From NCBI RefSeq assembly GCF_009914755.1, contig NC_060932.1: a DNA stretch of 64,000 nt. One strand, written 5' to 3'. The notes under the pieces are model-generated. The model saw nothing but the letters and a program-made list of their open reading frames with translations, was not told the DNA's origin and did no database searches. The translations under genes were made by a program, and so were the position numbers. Position 1 is the stretch's first letter; each line of letters starts with the position of its first letter. This DNA is from the human T2T-CHM13v2.0 reference genome, Homo sapiens. Of the stretch, positions 14,377 through 29,180 are shown piece after piece.

Positions 14377-14999
14377 TACCCACAAGAAGTGAGGAGAGGA
14401 AGAACGTTATTGTGCCCATCTGGACAAGAGTGGTAAGGACCTAGAACTAAGGGAATTTACTGAGGGAGTGGAGAAGAGAGGACAGGTGAAAGATAACATT
14501 TTAGGAGAAAAGTCAGAAGAATTTGGAAACTAAAGGAAGGATAAGCAAATGAAGTAGACAGAATGATAAGACACCAGTAATCTCATTGTGGTTGGTATGG
14601 TATAGACGATGACATTGAGAAATAGGAAAGTAACTTTTAGAGGGTCAATGATAAGTTAGACTTTTTAACATTGAATTTGAATCAACAGAGAAACATTTGA
14701 AGTAAACATGCTCTGGGACGTGTCCTGGAAAACTTAGATTGCTCAGGTCTCAAGCTAGGGAACTGGAGGTCATCTGGAGAGAAGAAATAATTGAAGGAGT
14801 TCTATGTTACCCAAGGAAGATTTAGAGTGGAAAAGGCCATTTATACAAATCCATTCAGAACAAGACCAATATTTAACAATCAGTAGTGAAAAACTGGTGA
14901 AATTGGGACTTAAAAGGAGACTAGTAATTATGATTGTCTGTATTTTATATTTAAAACAATTTGTATTTATATTGTAATTTCAACAAGCCACTAATTCTT

Positions 15000-15187
15000 T
15001 TTTTTTATTATTATACTTTAAGTTTTAGGGTACATGTGCACAATGTGCAGGTTTGTTACTTATGTATACATGTGCCATGTTGGTGTACTGCACCCATTAG
15101 CTTGTCATTTACATTAGGTATATCTCCTAATGCTATCCCTCCCCCTCCCCCCACCCCAGGACAGGCTCCAGTGTGTGATGTTCCCCT
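15000..15187 (-). mobile_element. 5'-truncated young L1PA 3' end
   Basis: 'ttattatactttaagttttagggtacatgtgcacaatgtgcagg'; perfect 18-bp TSD aacaagccactaattctt (14982-14999 / 15188-15205). Confidence 0.95.
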
Positions 15188-15516
15188 AACAAGCCACTAA
15201 TTCTTATAGTGAACAAATAATTAATTTTTTTGTAGTTGGCACGATATAACCGACAAATTTGCATAGTAGTCTGTTATGAAAATCTTCACTCGTTTTACTT
15301 TCAAACAACAACATATAGGAGCGTATTTTTATATTGATTGGAGTTTTGTCTGGACTTTGACACACAAACCTCACAGATAGCAAAGAAGCCAGTTTCAGCC
15401 TCTTCAAAGTGGAGTGAAAAATGTAAAGACTTTTAGCAAGCAATCTGGAAAAAAGCATAATATCCCTTTATGATTTTATGATTAAAAAAAAAGCTTTTTT
15501 AAAAAAATTGTGGACC

Positions 15517-16114
<598 letters not shown>

Positions 16115-16520
16115 TTGTGGTAAAATACACCTAACCTAAAATTTACCATCTTTACTATTTTTAAATGTACAATTCAGTAGTGTTAAACATATTAACATTG
16201 TTGTGCAACCAATCTCCGGAACATTTTCATCCTGTAAAAGTTAAACTCTGTACCTGCTAAACAACATTTACAATTTTCCCTTTACTCCAGTCCCTGGAAA
16301 CCACCATTGTACTTTCTTTTTTCTATGAATTTGACTACTCTAGATACCCACTTTAAGTGTAATCAATTATATAGTATTTGTCTTTTTGTGACTGGCTTAT
16401 TTCATTTAGTATACTATCTTCTAGGTTCATCCATTTCGTAGCATGTACCAGATTTCCTTCCTTTTCAGAACTGAATAACAGTCTGTTGTATGAATAGACC
16501 ACATTTTGTTTATCCATTGG
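16115..16520 (-). mobile_element. L1MA/MB 3'UTR
   Basis: 'ttgtggtaaaatacac...aaatttaccatc...gtgactggcttatttcatttag...ggttcatccat'. Confidence 0.85.
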
Positions 16521-16659
16521 TATTTAGTGGGCAAAGATGCTAGAAGCTCTGGGCAGGTTTGCACAAAGAATTGTCCAGCCCCAACCAGTGCTGCCTCCAC
16601 TAATAAACAAATGCTCGACTGTGAATAACACTAGAAGCAGCCAAACTGATAGACCTGCG

Positions 16660-17080
16660 TTGTATTAAATACTTTATCTGCATTATCTAATTTAACCTAA
16701 CCATGACATTTTGATAGATATTACCTCCGCTTTCATGAATACCCTAAAGAGCATTAAGGATTCTCTCAAGATTACATTGCTAGTAAGTAGCAGAACCAGA
16801 TTTTCAACAGAGTCCTAGGCCTCACTCCAGTACACACAATCCTAATCACTAAACAACCTCTTAAAGTAAAGGTAAAATAGAACCTACAGATCAACTTTGA
16901 GCAGCTAGAGGGCAAAAACAATGATTCATTCACCTTTCTTCCTTTTACCTAGTACAAAGGTTGCAATGCCTTTAAGTGTAGTTTTATTTAATCTAATCCT
17001 TCTCATTTTTACAGATAAAACTGCAGTTTGAGAAGGTTAAATCATTCTAGTATGTGGCAGATCTGAGATTAAAATCCAAG
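16660..17080 (-). mobile_element. MIR/MIR3 fragments
   Basis: 'ctagtaagtagcagaacc', 'tctcatttttacagat'. Confidence 0.55.
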
Positions 17081-17177
17081 GAAAGGAGCTGAGAATTTGT
17101 AAATGACCAACTACTCTACCAGCCTATCTTAGTTTACCCATTTTCCTGATCTCTCAGACTGTGGCATCTATTTATGC

Positions 17178-17403
17178 CAGAGGTTGGCAAGCTTTTTCTG
17201 CAAAGGACCAGATAGTAAATATTTTAGGCTTTGCAGGCCATATGGTGTCTGTCACAACTACTCAGCTCTGCTCTTTTAGTAAAAAAGTAACTATAGACAA
17301 TTCCTAAATGCATGGGCATACCTGTATTCCTATTAAAATACTTTTTATACGAAAATAAGTGATGACCAGATTTGGTCCATGGACCATATTTGGCTGACCC
17401 TTG
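17178..17403 (+). mobile_element. MER58A (hAT-Charlie MITE)
   Basis: 'ggttggcaagc...ccagatagtaaatattttaggctttgcaggccata...acaactactcagctctgc'. Confidence 0.88.
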
Positions 17404-17495
17404 TTTAATCTCCAGGGGTGAACTTTGTCTTTTTAGATTTGTCTATACTTGTATCATCATAGGTAGCTTGGAATAAGACTGGTGAACATTTAAAG

Positions 17496-17660
17496 CAGTA
17501 TTCCTCAAGCCGATTGTTTACTGCATTACTGGAGAATGGTGTTAAAAATAGATTCCTGAGTCTCACTCCTAGAGATTCTGATTCAGAATGTCTCAGGAAG
17601 AGCGGTAGCATTTGTATTTTTTGCCCCTGGTTCTGATGCAAAACACAGTTTGAAAACCAG
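17496..17660. mobile_element. MER5A-like
   Basis: 'agattcctgag...agagattctgattcag...ttctgatgca...agtttgaaaacca'. Confidence 0.7.
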
Positions 17661-17789
17661 AAGTTTATAGCCTTGGTAGATAATTTTGCAAATAAATAAT
17701 GTTAAATAAGTATCTGTGTAATTTCCGTGTGACCCACAATCTAGCTCCATGCCAGAACTCTGATTTACTGAACAGAATGTCCATTTCAT

Positions 17790-17943
17790 CTTTTTTATTT
17801 TAATTATTTATTTATTTATTTTTGTAGAGACAGGGTCTTGCTATATTGCCCCAGCTGTTCTCAAACTCCTGGTCTCAAGCGGTCCACCTGCCTTGGCCTT
17901 TCAAAATGCTAGGATTGCAAGCAGAAGCTACTGTGCCTAGCCT
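17790..17943 (-). mobile_element. FLAM/Alu left monomer
   Basis: 'gtagagacagggtcttgctat...ctcctggtctcaagc'. Confidence 0.85.
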
Positions 17944-17944
17944 G

Positions 17945-18252
17945 TCTTTCTTTTTTATTTTTGTTTTTCTTTTCTTTTTCTTCTTGAGATAGGGTCTTGC
18001 TCTGTGGCTAAGGCTGGAGTGCTGTGGCACGGTCACAGCTCACTGCAGCCCAGAATGCCCAGGCTCAAGCAATCCCCCAACCTCAGGCTCCCCCATAGCT
18101 GAGACCACAGATGTGGGCCACCATGCCCGGCTAAGTTTTGTATTTTTTGTAGAGAGGGTGTTTCGCCATGTTGCCCAGGCTGGTCTCGAACTCCTGGGCT
18201 CAAGCGAGGCAATCTACCTGCACTGGCCTCCCAAAGTGCTGGGATTACTGGC
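17945..18252 (-). mobile_element. AluJ
   Basis: Dimer; 'cacagctcactgcagcc', 'ctcctgggctcaagc'. Confidence 0.88.
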
Positions 18253-18879
18253 CTGTCTTAAAACCTTGTATCATTCTGCCCTTTCTCCATTTATTCAGAG
18301 GCAGACACATATAAATAAAAACCGTCGCCATTGGAATTCTAATGAGCCATAAGCTAATGTAAGGATATTTATTCAGTTGACTGCAGGTACCAGTAAAATC
18401 TTGTTTCCAAAATGGTGTGAGTATAATCCAATTTACGTCTTTTAACCCCTGGTGATTTTTGTTTCATTTTGTTTTGTAATGGGTGGAAACTAGGCATGGT
18501 TGCTGGGTACTGACAAAGCAACAATAAGAGGGAAATAGCATTGCCACCACCACAGGCAATTTTCGGTTGCAATGAATCACTAAATCTCCATAACCACGGG
18601 GTGGCTCTACATGATTCTGTTGTTAATTGAATTTTTTCCCCAAATAGAATGAGGGCTTATTTTGCATCAACATGATTCTATTACTTGATGATTGTTGACA
18701 CAGTCAGCTAAATTCAAGTTATTTCAGCTTCCACATCATCCACAGGTATCCCTATGACAAAGGAGTAATAGTGGCTAAATGAATTCTTTTCCAAGAAAAG
18801 GCAGAAAAGATAGTCCCAAACTCACTGCATCAGTGTGAAGGAGATTGTGGGGAGGACCTCACCACAGAAATGATGTTAT

Positions 18880-19095
18880 GACCTTCTCAGTGCATTGTGT
18901 CGGAGGAAGGTACATAATGTCAATACATCTTATTACTGTTGAGGTAAACTTTGATCACTCGGTTAAGGGGGTATCGGCCAGCTTTCTCCACTGTCATGAT
19001 TTAAATTTTAATTTAAATTTTTCCTTTGTAATTAATAAGCATCTTGTGGGGCCATACTTTGAGGCTATGCACATTAATTCAGTCGTCTAAATTGT
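18880..19095 (-). mobile_element. L1MC 3' fragment
   Basis: 'aactttgatcactcggttaaggg...tttctccactgt...ttcctttgtaattaataag'. Confidence 0.65.
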
Positions 19096-19237
19096 TCCTA
19101 CTCACAACACTTCTGACATCAAATATGTGAGGTATTTTTTTAATATCAACAACCAGTTCTCCAACCCTCTGAACACAGCTGAGTGTCCTACATTTCAATT
19201 TAATTCTGATGGTAACTACCTGAGGTTTGTGTTAGAC

Positions 19238-19856
<619 letters not shown>

Positions 19857-20717
19857 TGTTAGATGACTTACTCCCATAAGACTACCCTCACTTCAGATGC
19901 AAGTTGAAAATATTGGCTCCCCAGGGTACCCACATGCTGTCTGTCTTGGTTACAAAGTCAGGAGATCCCCCCACACCACCTTCAGTTTTGATTATTTGCT
20001 AGAATGACTCACAAAACTCAGAAAAACAGTTTACTTATTATTTTTAGTTTATTATAAAGGATGCAATTCAGGAACAGACAAATGAAAGAGATGCGTAGGG
20101 CAAGGTATTGGAGAAGAGGCACAGAGCTTCCATGCCCTCTCTGGGTGCCACCCTTCCAGCACCAATCAGGGATCTCCCCAAACCCCATTGCCTGGGGATT
20201 TTTATGAAGGTTTAATTACATAAGCATGATTGATTAATACATAGACCATTGGTGTTTAACTCAACCTCTAGGACTCTCCTTTCCCTAGAGGCCCAAAGAG
20301 AAAAGTTCAAACCCTCTGATCACATGGTTGGTTCCTCTGGTAACCAGACCCCACCCTGAGGCTATCTAGGAGACCACCAAAAGTCATCCCATTAGCATAA
20401 GCTCTGATATGGTTGAAAGGAGGTTAAAATGGATAAGAAAAGATGCTTCTATCCCTCTCATCACTCAGGAAATTACATGGGTTTTAGGAGTTCTGTATCA
20501 GGAATGGGGACAAAACAACCAAATATATATTCTTTATTATGCCATGGTTGGTTTTGAGGAAATATGAAAAATAGACACATTAAACTAGGTGCATATAGAT
20601 GGGGGTGTATCGAAGAAATTGATGGGTGAAAGTGATTTTGCCATAAACTGATCCCAAAACCCCTCACTTAAGACAGAGAAAATGGCTCACCTAAAGGCTG
20701 TTAATAAATAATAATAA

Positions 20718-21468
20718 TTGAGAGGCTATTAGGCTGAGATGGCTTCTGATATGGCTTGGCTATGTCCCCACCCAAATCTCATCTTGAATTGTAACTCCCC
20801 CAATTCCCACATTTCATGGGAGGGACCGGATACGAGGTAATTGAATCATGGGGGCAGGTCTTTTTCATGCTGTTCTTGTGATAGCGAATAAGTCTTACGA
20901 AATCTGATGGTTTTAAAAAGGGGCATTTCCCTGCACAAGCTTTCTCTTTCTTTGCCTGCTGTTATCGACGTAAGATGTGACTTGCTCCTCTTTGCCTTCT
21001 GCCATGGTTGTGAGGCCTCCCCAGCCATGCGGAACTGTATGTCCAATAAGCCTCTTTCTTTTGTAAATTGCCCAGGCTGGGTTCTGTCTTTATCAGCAGA
21101 ATGAAAATGGACTAATACTAGGCACAACTCATAGTGAATGGATATAGACTAGGAAAACAAAACTTAAGCTTAACCAATTAGAAACTGCCAACTAAATTCT
21201 AACTAGGAACTTTCACATTAACCGATTAATATTTTCTTTGCCTCACTTCCATGCACACCGTATGAAAGAGTCCTCTCACACCCTGAACTGCTCTTGGTGC
21301 TGCCTGATGCATGTATTCCTGTCTGCTTAATAAATTCTACTTTAAGACTATGCAAACATCCTGTTTCTCATCATACATTTGCCCATTAATTTCATCATGC
21401 ATCAATGATTTTTCTCTGCAACAATCATTGCTGAAAAATTTTAATGCACCTAAGGTTATTTTCTAACA
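20718..21468 (+). mobile_element. ERV1 LTR (MER34-family-like) split by THE1
   Basis: 'gagaggctattaggctgagatggc' ... 'aaccaattagaaactgccaactaa...ctaactaggaactttc' ... 'aaaattttaatgcacc...taaca'. Confidence 0.55.
20747..21119 (+). mobile_element. THE1B/C solo LTR
   Basis: 'tgatatggcttggctatgtccccacccaaatctcatcttgaattg...ggactaatac'. Confidence 0.93.
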
Positions 21469-22005
21469 AGGCCAACCAAAACTTTAGTCTCAGAATATGG
21501 ATGACCTTCAGCCAGCTCATTTTCTCACTGCAGATTGCTTTACTCCTTCCTGATCACCCTTACAATTTATTATCTATCCTTAGATTGTGGTCTTTTGATT
21601 ATGTTTTTGTTCTAGAGCCATAATTTATTCATGTCTTCCTCTTCTTCCATTCATGAAAATAATTATCCTTGGTAAATCAGCTTCTCTCTTTCTCCCACTC
21701 TCTAATGAGAGTCTGTTTTCACTTCTCAGCTCATGGATTTTCTGGGATACAGAATCGTAAGAATGATTTGAGAGACAGGAATGAAGCAATGAGCACAAAG
21801 GGAAGGGATTCTTGTGTACTGAGTCAGTTTCTAGGCTGTCCTTTGACAAGAAAATTAAGAAGAAAAGAAAAAAGTGTCAGAAATGCTGTCAACATAAATA
21901 ATAAAGAGCTAACATTTGAGTAGCAAGTAAAAAAAAAATGGCTGATTAACTTAATACCTTGTAGACCATTTAGAGAGTGTATGTATGTATGTATGTATGC
22001 ATGCA

Positions 22006-22402
22006 TGCTGTGGTTTCAATGTGTCCCCTAAAGCTTATGTTTTGGAAACTTGCTTCCCAATGTGGTGGTGTTGGGAGGTGAGGTCTAAAGGGAGGTGTTT
22101 GGCTCATGTGTGCACCACCCTCATGAACAGATTAATGTTGTCATTGTGAGAGTGAGTTCCTTATCGTGGGAGTGGGTTCCTTATATAAGAACATGTTTGG
22201 CCCCCTTTTGTGTCTCTTTCTCACCCTCTCTTGCCCCTTTGCCATCTTCCATGGGATAACACATTAAGAAGGCCTTTGCCAGATGCCAGCATCTTTTTCT
22301 TGGACTTCCCAGCCTCCAGAATTGTGAGAAATAAATTTCTGTTGATTATAAATTACCCAGTCTGTGACATTCTGTTATAGTAGCACAAAATGGACCAAGA
22401 TA
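22006..22402 (+). mobile_element. MSTB-like MaLR LTR
   Basis: 'tgctgtggtttcaatgtgtcccc...ggacttcccagcctccaga...taaattacccagtctgtg'. Confidence 0.88.
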
Positions 22403-22409
22403 ATGTATA

Positions 22410-22735
22410 TAACTTATTTGGAAATAATTTAAGACTTACAAAAACTTGAAGAATAGTACAAAATTCCCAAATACTCTTTGCCCAGTTTCCCCTAATATTG
22501 ACATTTTATATGTTACAATTATTGAAATCAGGAAATTAACATTGATGTAATATTATTAATGAATCTACAGACCTTCTTTGCAATTTATCAGTTGTCTCTC
22601 TATTGCCCTTTCTCTGGGCCAGGATTCAATCCAGAATTCCACATTTACTTTGTTTTCATATCCCTCGAATCACTTCAGTCTGTGACAGTTGCTCAGACTG
22701 CCTTTTTCTCTCTCTGTTTCATGATCTTGACACAT
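22410..22735 (-). mobile_element. L1MC4-like 3' fragment
   Basis: 'ggaaataatttaagacttacaaaaa...gaaatcaggaaattaacattgat'. Confidence 0.7.
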
Positions 22736-23039
<304 letters not shown>

Positions 23040-23437
23040 TTGACACTGAAATAAACTGTTTCCTTTAGGAATTTATTTAATGTGTACAGACTGGGCCACA
23101 TGGGCTCCTGAAATATAGACATTTTATCTTCTTTGATTTAGTATCTGTTAAAATATTTTCTTGCTTTGTTCTTCTCTGTGTGTAAGCCAACAGTTTATTA
23201 ATTGTGACCTTGGGCAAGGCACTTAAACTCACTCAAACATGAACGTAAAATAATATAACTTACCTTTAAAAATTATTTTCAATAGTAAATGAGATTGTGT
23301 ATCTAATGAGCCTGGCAATAAATGAGTGTAGACTGTGTTAAGTTTAATAAATCTTTAGTAAAGTAAAGGATTTTATTTTCCTCAGACATCTTTGCTGAGC
23401 ACAAATATTTAAATAAAAGTGGCTCTTCTTCATGCTT

Positions 23438-23548
23438 GCTCTTTCTTTTCTCTTTCTTTCTTTTCTTCTTTCCTTCCTTCCTTCCTTCCTTCCTTCCTTC
23501 CTTCCTTCCTTCCTTCCTTCCTTCCCTCCTTCCCTCCCTCTTTCTTTC

Positions 23549-23610
<62 letters not shown>

Positions 23611-23672
23611 TCTTTCTTTCTTCCTTCCTTCCTTCCTTCCTTCCTTCCTTCCTTCTTTCTTTTCTTTTCTTT
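23438..23672. repeat. Compound (TTCC)n/(TTTC)n polypyrimidine microsatellite (expanded AluJ tail)
   Basis: Direct reading; explains the low-complexity ORFs here. Confidence 0.97.
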
Positions 23673-23960
23673 GTATTTGAGACAGGGTCTCACTTTTTCT
23701 CCAAGAGTGCAGTTGTGCCATACTGGCTAACTTCAGCCTTGAACTCCTGGGCTGAAGCAATCCTCTCATCGCAGGCTTTCGAGTATCTAGAACCACAGAC
23801 AAGAACCACCGTACCTGGCTAATTAAAAATAATTTTGTTTTTAGAGACAAGGTCTCATTACATTGCCCAGGCTGGTCTATAACTCCTAGACTCAAGCAAT
23901 CCTCCCACCTCAGCCTCCAAAGTGCTGGGATTACAGGCGTAAGCCACCATGCTTGACCCT
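23673..23960 (-). mobile_element. AluJ
   Basis: Diverged dimer. Confidence 0.88.
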
Positions 23961-26900
23961 GTCTTTTCTTTTCTATGCCTCCTCCATGACCTTAGGTTTG
24001 AAGTGCAAAATCTATGTTTTGGTTATCCTTGTTTCATCCAGCACATGGTAGTGCCATAATCCTGTTCTATGGCAGTCTCCTTAGCCAGACCTTAGCAATG
24101 CTATGTCAATCACTGAGAACTCACATAGAGCCTGATCCATAGAAAATGATCAATGCACAGTGCTAAGCATATTTTCTGTTGGCCATGGGTCAGTCCAAAA
24201 GGAAGTTCCAATTTCCTAAAGGCAGAAGCAGCTTGTACCCTGCAAGGCACCGGGCCTCTTCTCTCGATTTTAGATTTTATTTCTTCCCTTATCTTTGAGG
24301 CTGTACTCAAATCCCAAGGCCAGCTAACTGTACTGAGAACTACAGTGCTGTGTTATGTGCTGCCTTAACAGGAGCTCATCAGTGCCTCTTTAACATGAAG
24401 TGTTGGAGTTATTTTAGTCTTGCTAGTCTTAGTTTATTTTGAGTAGTCATACCAACACTGATCCATGTGTCTTACACCAGTGGTTCTCATTTTTTTTTTT
24501 CCCCAGTGTCTTGCCTTAGACGACGTTTGAGAATTTGTCAGAACAGGGCCTGGAGGGAATAAAAAGGAGGTGAGAAGTCTCTGTAGAGATCATCAACATG
24601 GCCCATCTCTCCTTAAAAGTAAGCCAAGTAAACTCACTCATTAGAAGAATGACATCATCAGGACTGTTTCTGAGAAAGCCTACTTCTGCTCCTTACCATA
24701 TGTAGAAATATAATTTCATATTAAAGACCAAGAATTCAGACATCATCCTGGTGCATACATCAGGATTGCAACGATAAATGCTTTGGAAATGTCATTGGAG
24801 GAAGGTAATGTTTGACATAGGAAAGAGAAGACTTGTGGGAACATGGCTGCTGTTTCTAATATTGTGTTATGAAATTGGGAGCAAATGTGTTCTTTGCCTC
24901 TAGAAGGTGAAATTAGGGCCCATGAATGGGTGAAAGAAGCAAGAAGATTTGGGCTCAGACCAAGGGGAAGAATAAGTGTCTACCATGCTTAGCCTTAGTG
25001 GGTAAGATAGTTCATTTTTATACCACTACATCCCTATATGTTAAAGATTATCATTTTTTTTTTTTTACATATAAGGAAAGCAAGACTCAGGGAGTATCCT
25101 GCCCTGTTCACAGGGAAAGAGCTGGATTTGAGCCCAGGTCTTAGAAGACAGAGGCCGTGGCCTTTTCCCTGTGCCTTTCTGCCTCCTGGACCTGTGGAGC
25201 AGAGATGTTCACTCATGCCTGGGCCATTCTGTGCACCAGTGCCCCTCTCTTCAGGGAAGATATTCAATCAGAGTGTGTAGCCCCAGTAATTCTGGCATTG
25301 GGTGCAAGGTTGCACAAGATGACTTTTAAGACCCCATCCAAACGTCAGCTCCTATTCTTCCAATTCAAACAGGAGTAAATGAACAGATCGCAGTTTAAGA
25401 GCTTCATGGTGTCTTTATATTCTTCCTGCCGCTCTGTGTCAATCAGCATGTCTGTTCTTTCAGGACTGCATGATAACCTTCTTGAAAGACATCTCATATT
25501 CCACTCCAACTCCAAAAATTTTAGTAGCTCCCATTTGCCTATGGAATAAACAAAATAATATGGAATGAATGAAGAAACAAACAAACAATAAAGACACATT
25601 TTCCTTTTCAAAACTTGTCATATTATTTTGAGCCCATGTTAGGCCCCTTTGTAGAGTCTTTCCTTCTGGGAAACCCGTCTTCTTACATTTCCATGCTCTG
25701 TCTTCTGTAACCAGGCTGTTCTCTCTGGCTAAAATGTGCTCCTCCCTGACAGCCCTACTTTAATACTTTCCCTCTTCTAAGGGTCACCTCTAGTGTCACC
25801 ACTTCTGGGAAGCTTTTCCCCGGTGCTCAGCCAGAATTGGTCTCTGCCATTTGAAACTAAGGCATGAATATCTTGCATCTCCTGTAGAGCATGGACCCCA
25901 GTCTGAGTGGTTTTAAGATTGTGTGTGCCCTTGTCCTGTCTCCTCACTAAATTGTGGGCTTCCTAAGGGCAGGGCCCGGTTCAGAGTCATTCCTGCCTCT
26001 CCCCCTACAAGCCCTCAGTGTTCCAGCGTGGGGGTCCAACATGCATCATGTAATCAAAGCTGAATGGGATGTGTTGAGCTGATAGCAGAACTGAGTCATC
26101 AGGTTGACTCTCAGAGCAAACCTTTGTAATATGTTGTAGTGTCTGGGGTTACCATGGTTTATTAGAGAGAAAGAAGAGGAACATATTTTACCTGTTAATT
26201 CTTGCTCCAATGTTTTTAGACTTCTTATGAAGTATAAAAAGAAGAAAAATGTGAGAGCTTTGTTGACAGTGAAAAAGCAGAAATCTATTATCTTCACCAA
26301 GTTTGTGCTCAGTCTTCTCAGAAGGAATTTAATTTGTCTTTTATTTTTTAACATCCCTGTAATTATTTCCTTTTAGAGAATTTCCATTTTGAAAAGAAAA
26401 TTCAGTCTCAGAGAGGTTAATTAATTTGCCCAAGTAAATGGCAGAACTGTCTAGACCCAAAGATTTTGCTTTTCCTCATATTCCGCTCGACCTTCTGACC
26501 CCTGCAAACTGTGATGATGTGTTGAGGGCATCATCAGTGGCTTTGGGAGGTACTTGAGCCAACGCCTACTCCTGCATGTCTTGCATAGCATTTTGCAAAT
26601 ACACAAAATAATAATGCAACTAGTACTAAAAGTTAGCAGATTTGACTTTTTCTGATATTTGTCTCAGATGATGAGAGAATGAGCGCTAAAGAGCCATTTG
26701 ATGTCTTTAATTTATCACTGTTTAATCAATTATTAGTATATTTTTACAAAAAAATAAGAGGTAAGAAGCAGTGTCTCATCAGTCTGTAGAAAACTAAAGA
26801 AAAAAATCAGCTAAAGATATGTATGTATACAACATTTGCTTTATTTATATACACCAAGCTATGCAATTTTTTTAAAGGTAAAAATAGACAGTAGGAAATC

Positions 26901-27137
26901 ATGCCATAATCTAAGATTCTCTTTTTAGCATGAGCCTGTTTGGTCTAGGAAATCAAATGAGTGATCTGCAGAGAGCTGTCCCAATTTCTGGAGTATTATT
27001 TATCAGTGAAAGAAAGGACATTGGGCTGGTAGTTAGGTCCCTAAGCCTGACTCTACCACCATTCTGATGAGTGAGAAATTTCATCTCTTCAGTTCTCAGT
27101 TGTTTTCCACTTACAAAAGGATTACATTGAATTAGAA

Positions 27138-27353
27138 CAGAGGTTCTCATCCTCGGCAGTGTTGATATTTTGGGCTGGATAATTCTTTGCTGTGGGGGGT
27201 TGTTCTGTGCCCGGTAGGATGTTTAGCAGTATCCCTGTCCTCTACCCACCGGATACCTCTAGCAACCCTATCCACAGTTGTGACAATCAAAAATGTTTCC
27301 AGATTGCCAGATGTTCCCTGGAGGGCATGGTTACCCCTGGTTGAGAAGGGGCT
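27138..27353 (-). mobile_element. MER20 (hAT-Charlie)
   Basis: 'ttttgggctggataattctttgctgtgggg...gtaggatgtttagcag...agttgtgacaatcaaaaatg...ggttgagaa'. Confidence 0.92.
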
Positions 27354-27953
27354 GGAAGCTGATTTTATATCCAGTAAATATTTTTTGAGAACATCACATT
27401 GGGAAGGCTCTGGGCTGTGTGTCAGGGACACAGAGGTGAAAAGAGTCAATGCTCTTCTTCATGAAGCTTCCAATCTAGTGGAGAAAGGATGTCATCAGCC
27501 TGTTTTGAGACACTAAGACAGGTGTTGTAATCAGGCAAGTGTTGGAGCCAGGCATCTTCTGGGCCGTTATTCTGGGGATACATAAGCCCCTGATAAATCA
27601 GTCTCTTCTTAAAAAATGATGTCTTTTATTTGGCTATTGGCTCTTAAGATGAATGGGGGAAATGAACACTCATTTGGGGAAGGAGAGCTATTGCAACACA
27701 GCCTCACAAATAGATGGGAAAATGATGAGTAAATATAAAATGGGCACTGGAGCACAATGATTCTTAGCACTTAATTCCCATTTTCTCTGGGGTAATAATT
27801 TGGGTGTGTTTTCCCCTCTTGGATGCCTTCTCACAAGAGGTAAGACCCGATGCCTGGTGTAACCTTTCTTAACCCTTAATTTTCGCATTCCTCTGGGATA
27901 TTTATATTGTAATGGGACTATCGGGACATTCTAAACACAGTTTTCTTTGAGAG

Positions 27954-28716
27954 TGAAACCGCCTTTGCAAAGATTATGACAGCAAGAGAGGTCTAGAAGG
28001 GCTGGCTGCATCTTGCTTCTAGCCTCACAGGTTGGCTGTCCATGCTCATTCCTGGGCATAGACCAAGCTAACCATACGAAGAGTTTAGTTTATGGTTTAA
28101 CTTTGAAGCAAAAATGATAATAGTCCCTCTCTGAAACTGACCCTCTCCTTGTTCGGGAACTGAAACCGCCTTTGTAAGACTAATGAAAAGCCACGAGGTT
28201 AGGATTATAGGAGGGACCGGAATTCTCCTAAAATGTAGGCATAGCTTGCTTTGCTATTATGGGTTACTGTGCTGAAGGTCACAAGCTTTGTAACTTCCCC
28301 AGTTGCTCCTGTGGATAACATTGCCATTGCAGAACCTTCGATTGCTTTTGAGATTTTTTTCAGACTATTGCATTCTGGGGACTGACTAACCCATCTGGAC
28401 CTGTGACTTATGACTCAACTGGTCCTACACCCCCTGCTGAGAGACTGATTCAGCACACAAATACCATCTTCCATATCACTATGATTTCATTCCCAATCAA
28501 TCAGCAGCACCCCTTCCCTAGCCTACTGCCCGTCAAATTATCCATAAGAACCCTAGCCTCTGAGTTCTCAGGGAGGATGATTTGAACAATAAACTCTGTT
28601 TTCTGTTTGACTAGCCCTGGATTAATTAAACTTTTTTTAAATTACAAAAAAACTGCTGTTCTCAGTGCATTGACTTTTTTGGGCAGCAGACAAGACAAAC
28701 CCACTGGGTGATTACA
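27954..28716 (+). mobile_element. LTR8-family (LTR8A/B-like) ERV1 solo LTR
   Basis: Begins 'tgaaaccgcctttgcaaagattatgacag'; AATAAA at 28588; ends 'gggtgattaca'. Confidence 0.88.
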
Positions 28717-28809
28717 AAAGGGAGAAGAAAAAGTCATATTTAGAAGATGGTTCTTTTGCTAAAAGGAATGCATTGGTAGAATATAAAATTGATAGGCATC
28801 AAACACACA

Positions 28810-29015
28810 GAGGTTAAGATCCAGGCTTAGGGGTAGAGTATTTGTGTTCAGAGTCCTGGCTCACTCACTTACTAGCTGCGCAATCTCGGGTAGGTTACTT
28901 GTGCTCTCTGCAGTTTGGTTTGTTCCGTAGTAAAATGGAGATAAAGTATTCACCTCCCAAGATTGTTGTGAGGATTAAAGGAGTTTGTGCTGAACCTGGC
29001 ACATGGAAATCACTT
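28810..29015 (+). mobile_element. MIR
   Basis: 'cacttactagctg...taaaatggagata...gttgtgaggattaaa'. Confidence 0.75.
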
Positions 29016-29020
29016 ATAAG

Positions 29021-29180
29021 GTTTTTTTGAGATGGAGTTTCACTCTGTCACCCAGGCTGGAGTGCAGTGGCACAGTCTTGGCTCACTGCAACCTCTGCCT
29101 CCTGGGTTCAAGCAATTCTCCCTGCCTCAGCCTCCTGAGTAGCTGGGATTACAGGTGCCCGCCACCGCATCCGGCTAATT
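29021..29180 (-). mobile_element. AluS right monomer only (5'-truncated)
   Basis: Stops at linker 'ggctaatt'; TSD taag(g/a)ttttt. Confidence 0.9.

Noticed and set aside
23344-23895. 183-aa and overlapping KE/R-rich or SF-rich ORFs
   Set aside because: Translations of the (TTCC)/(TTTC) microsatellite and AluJ.
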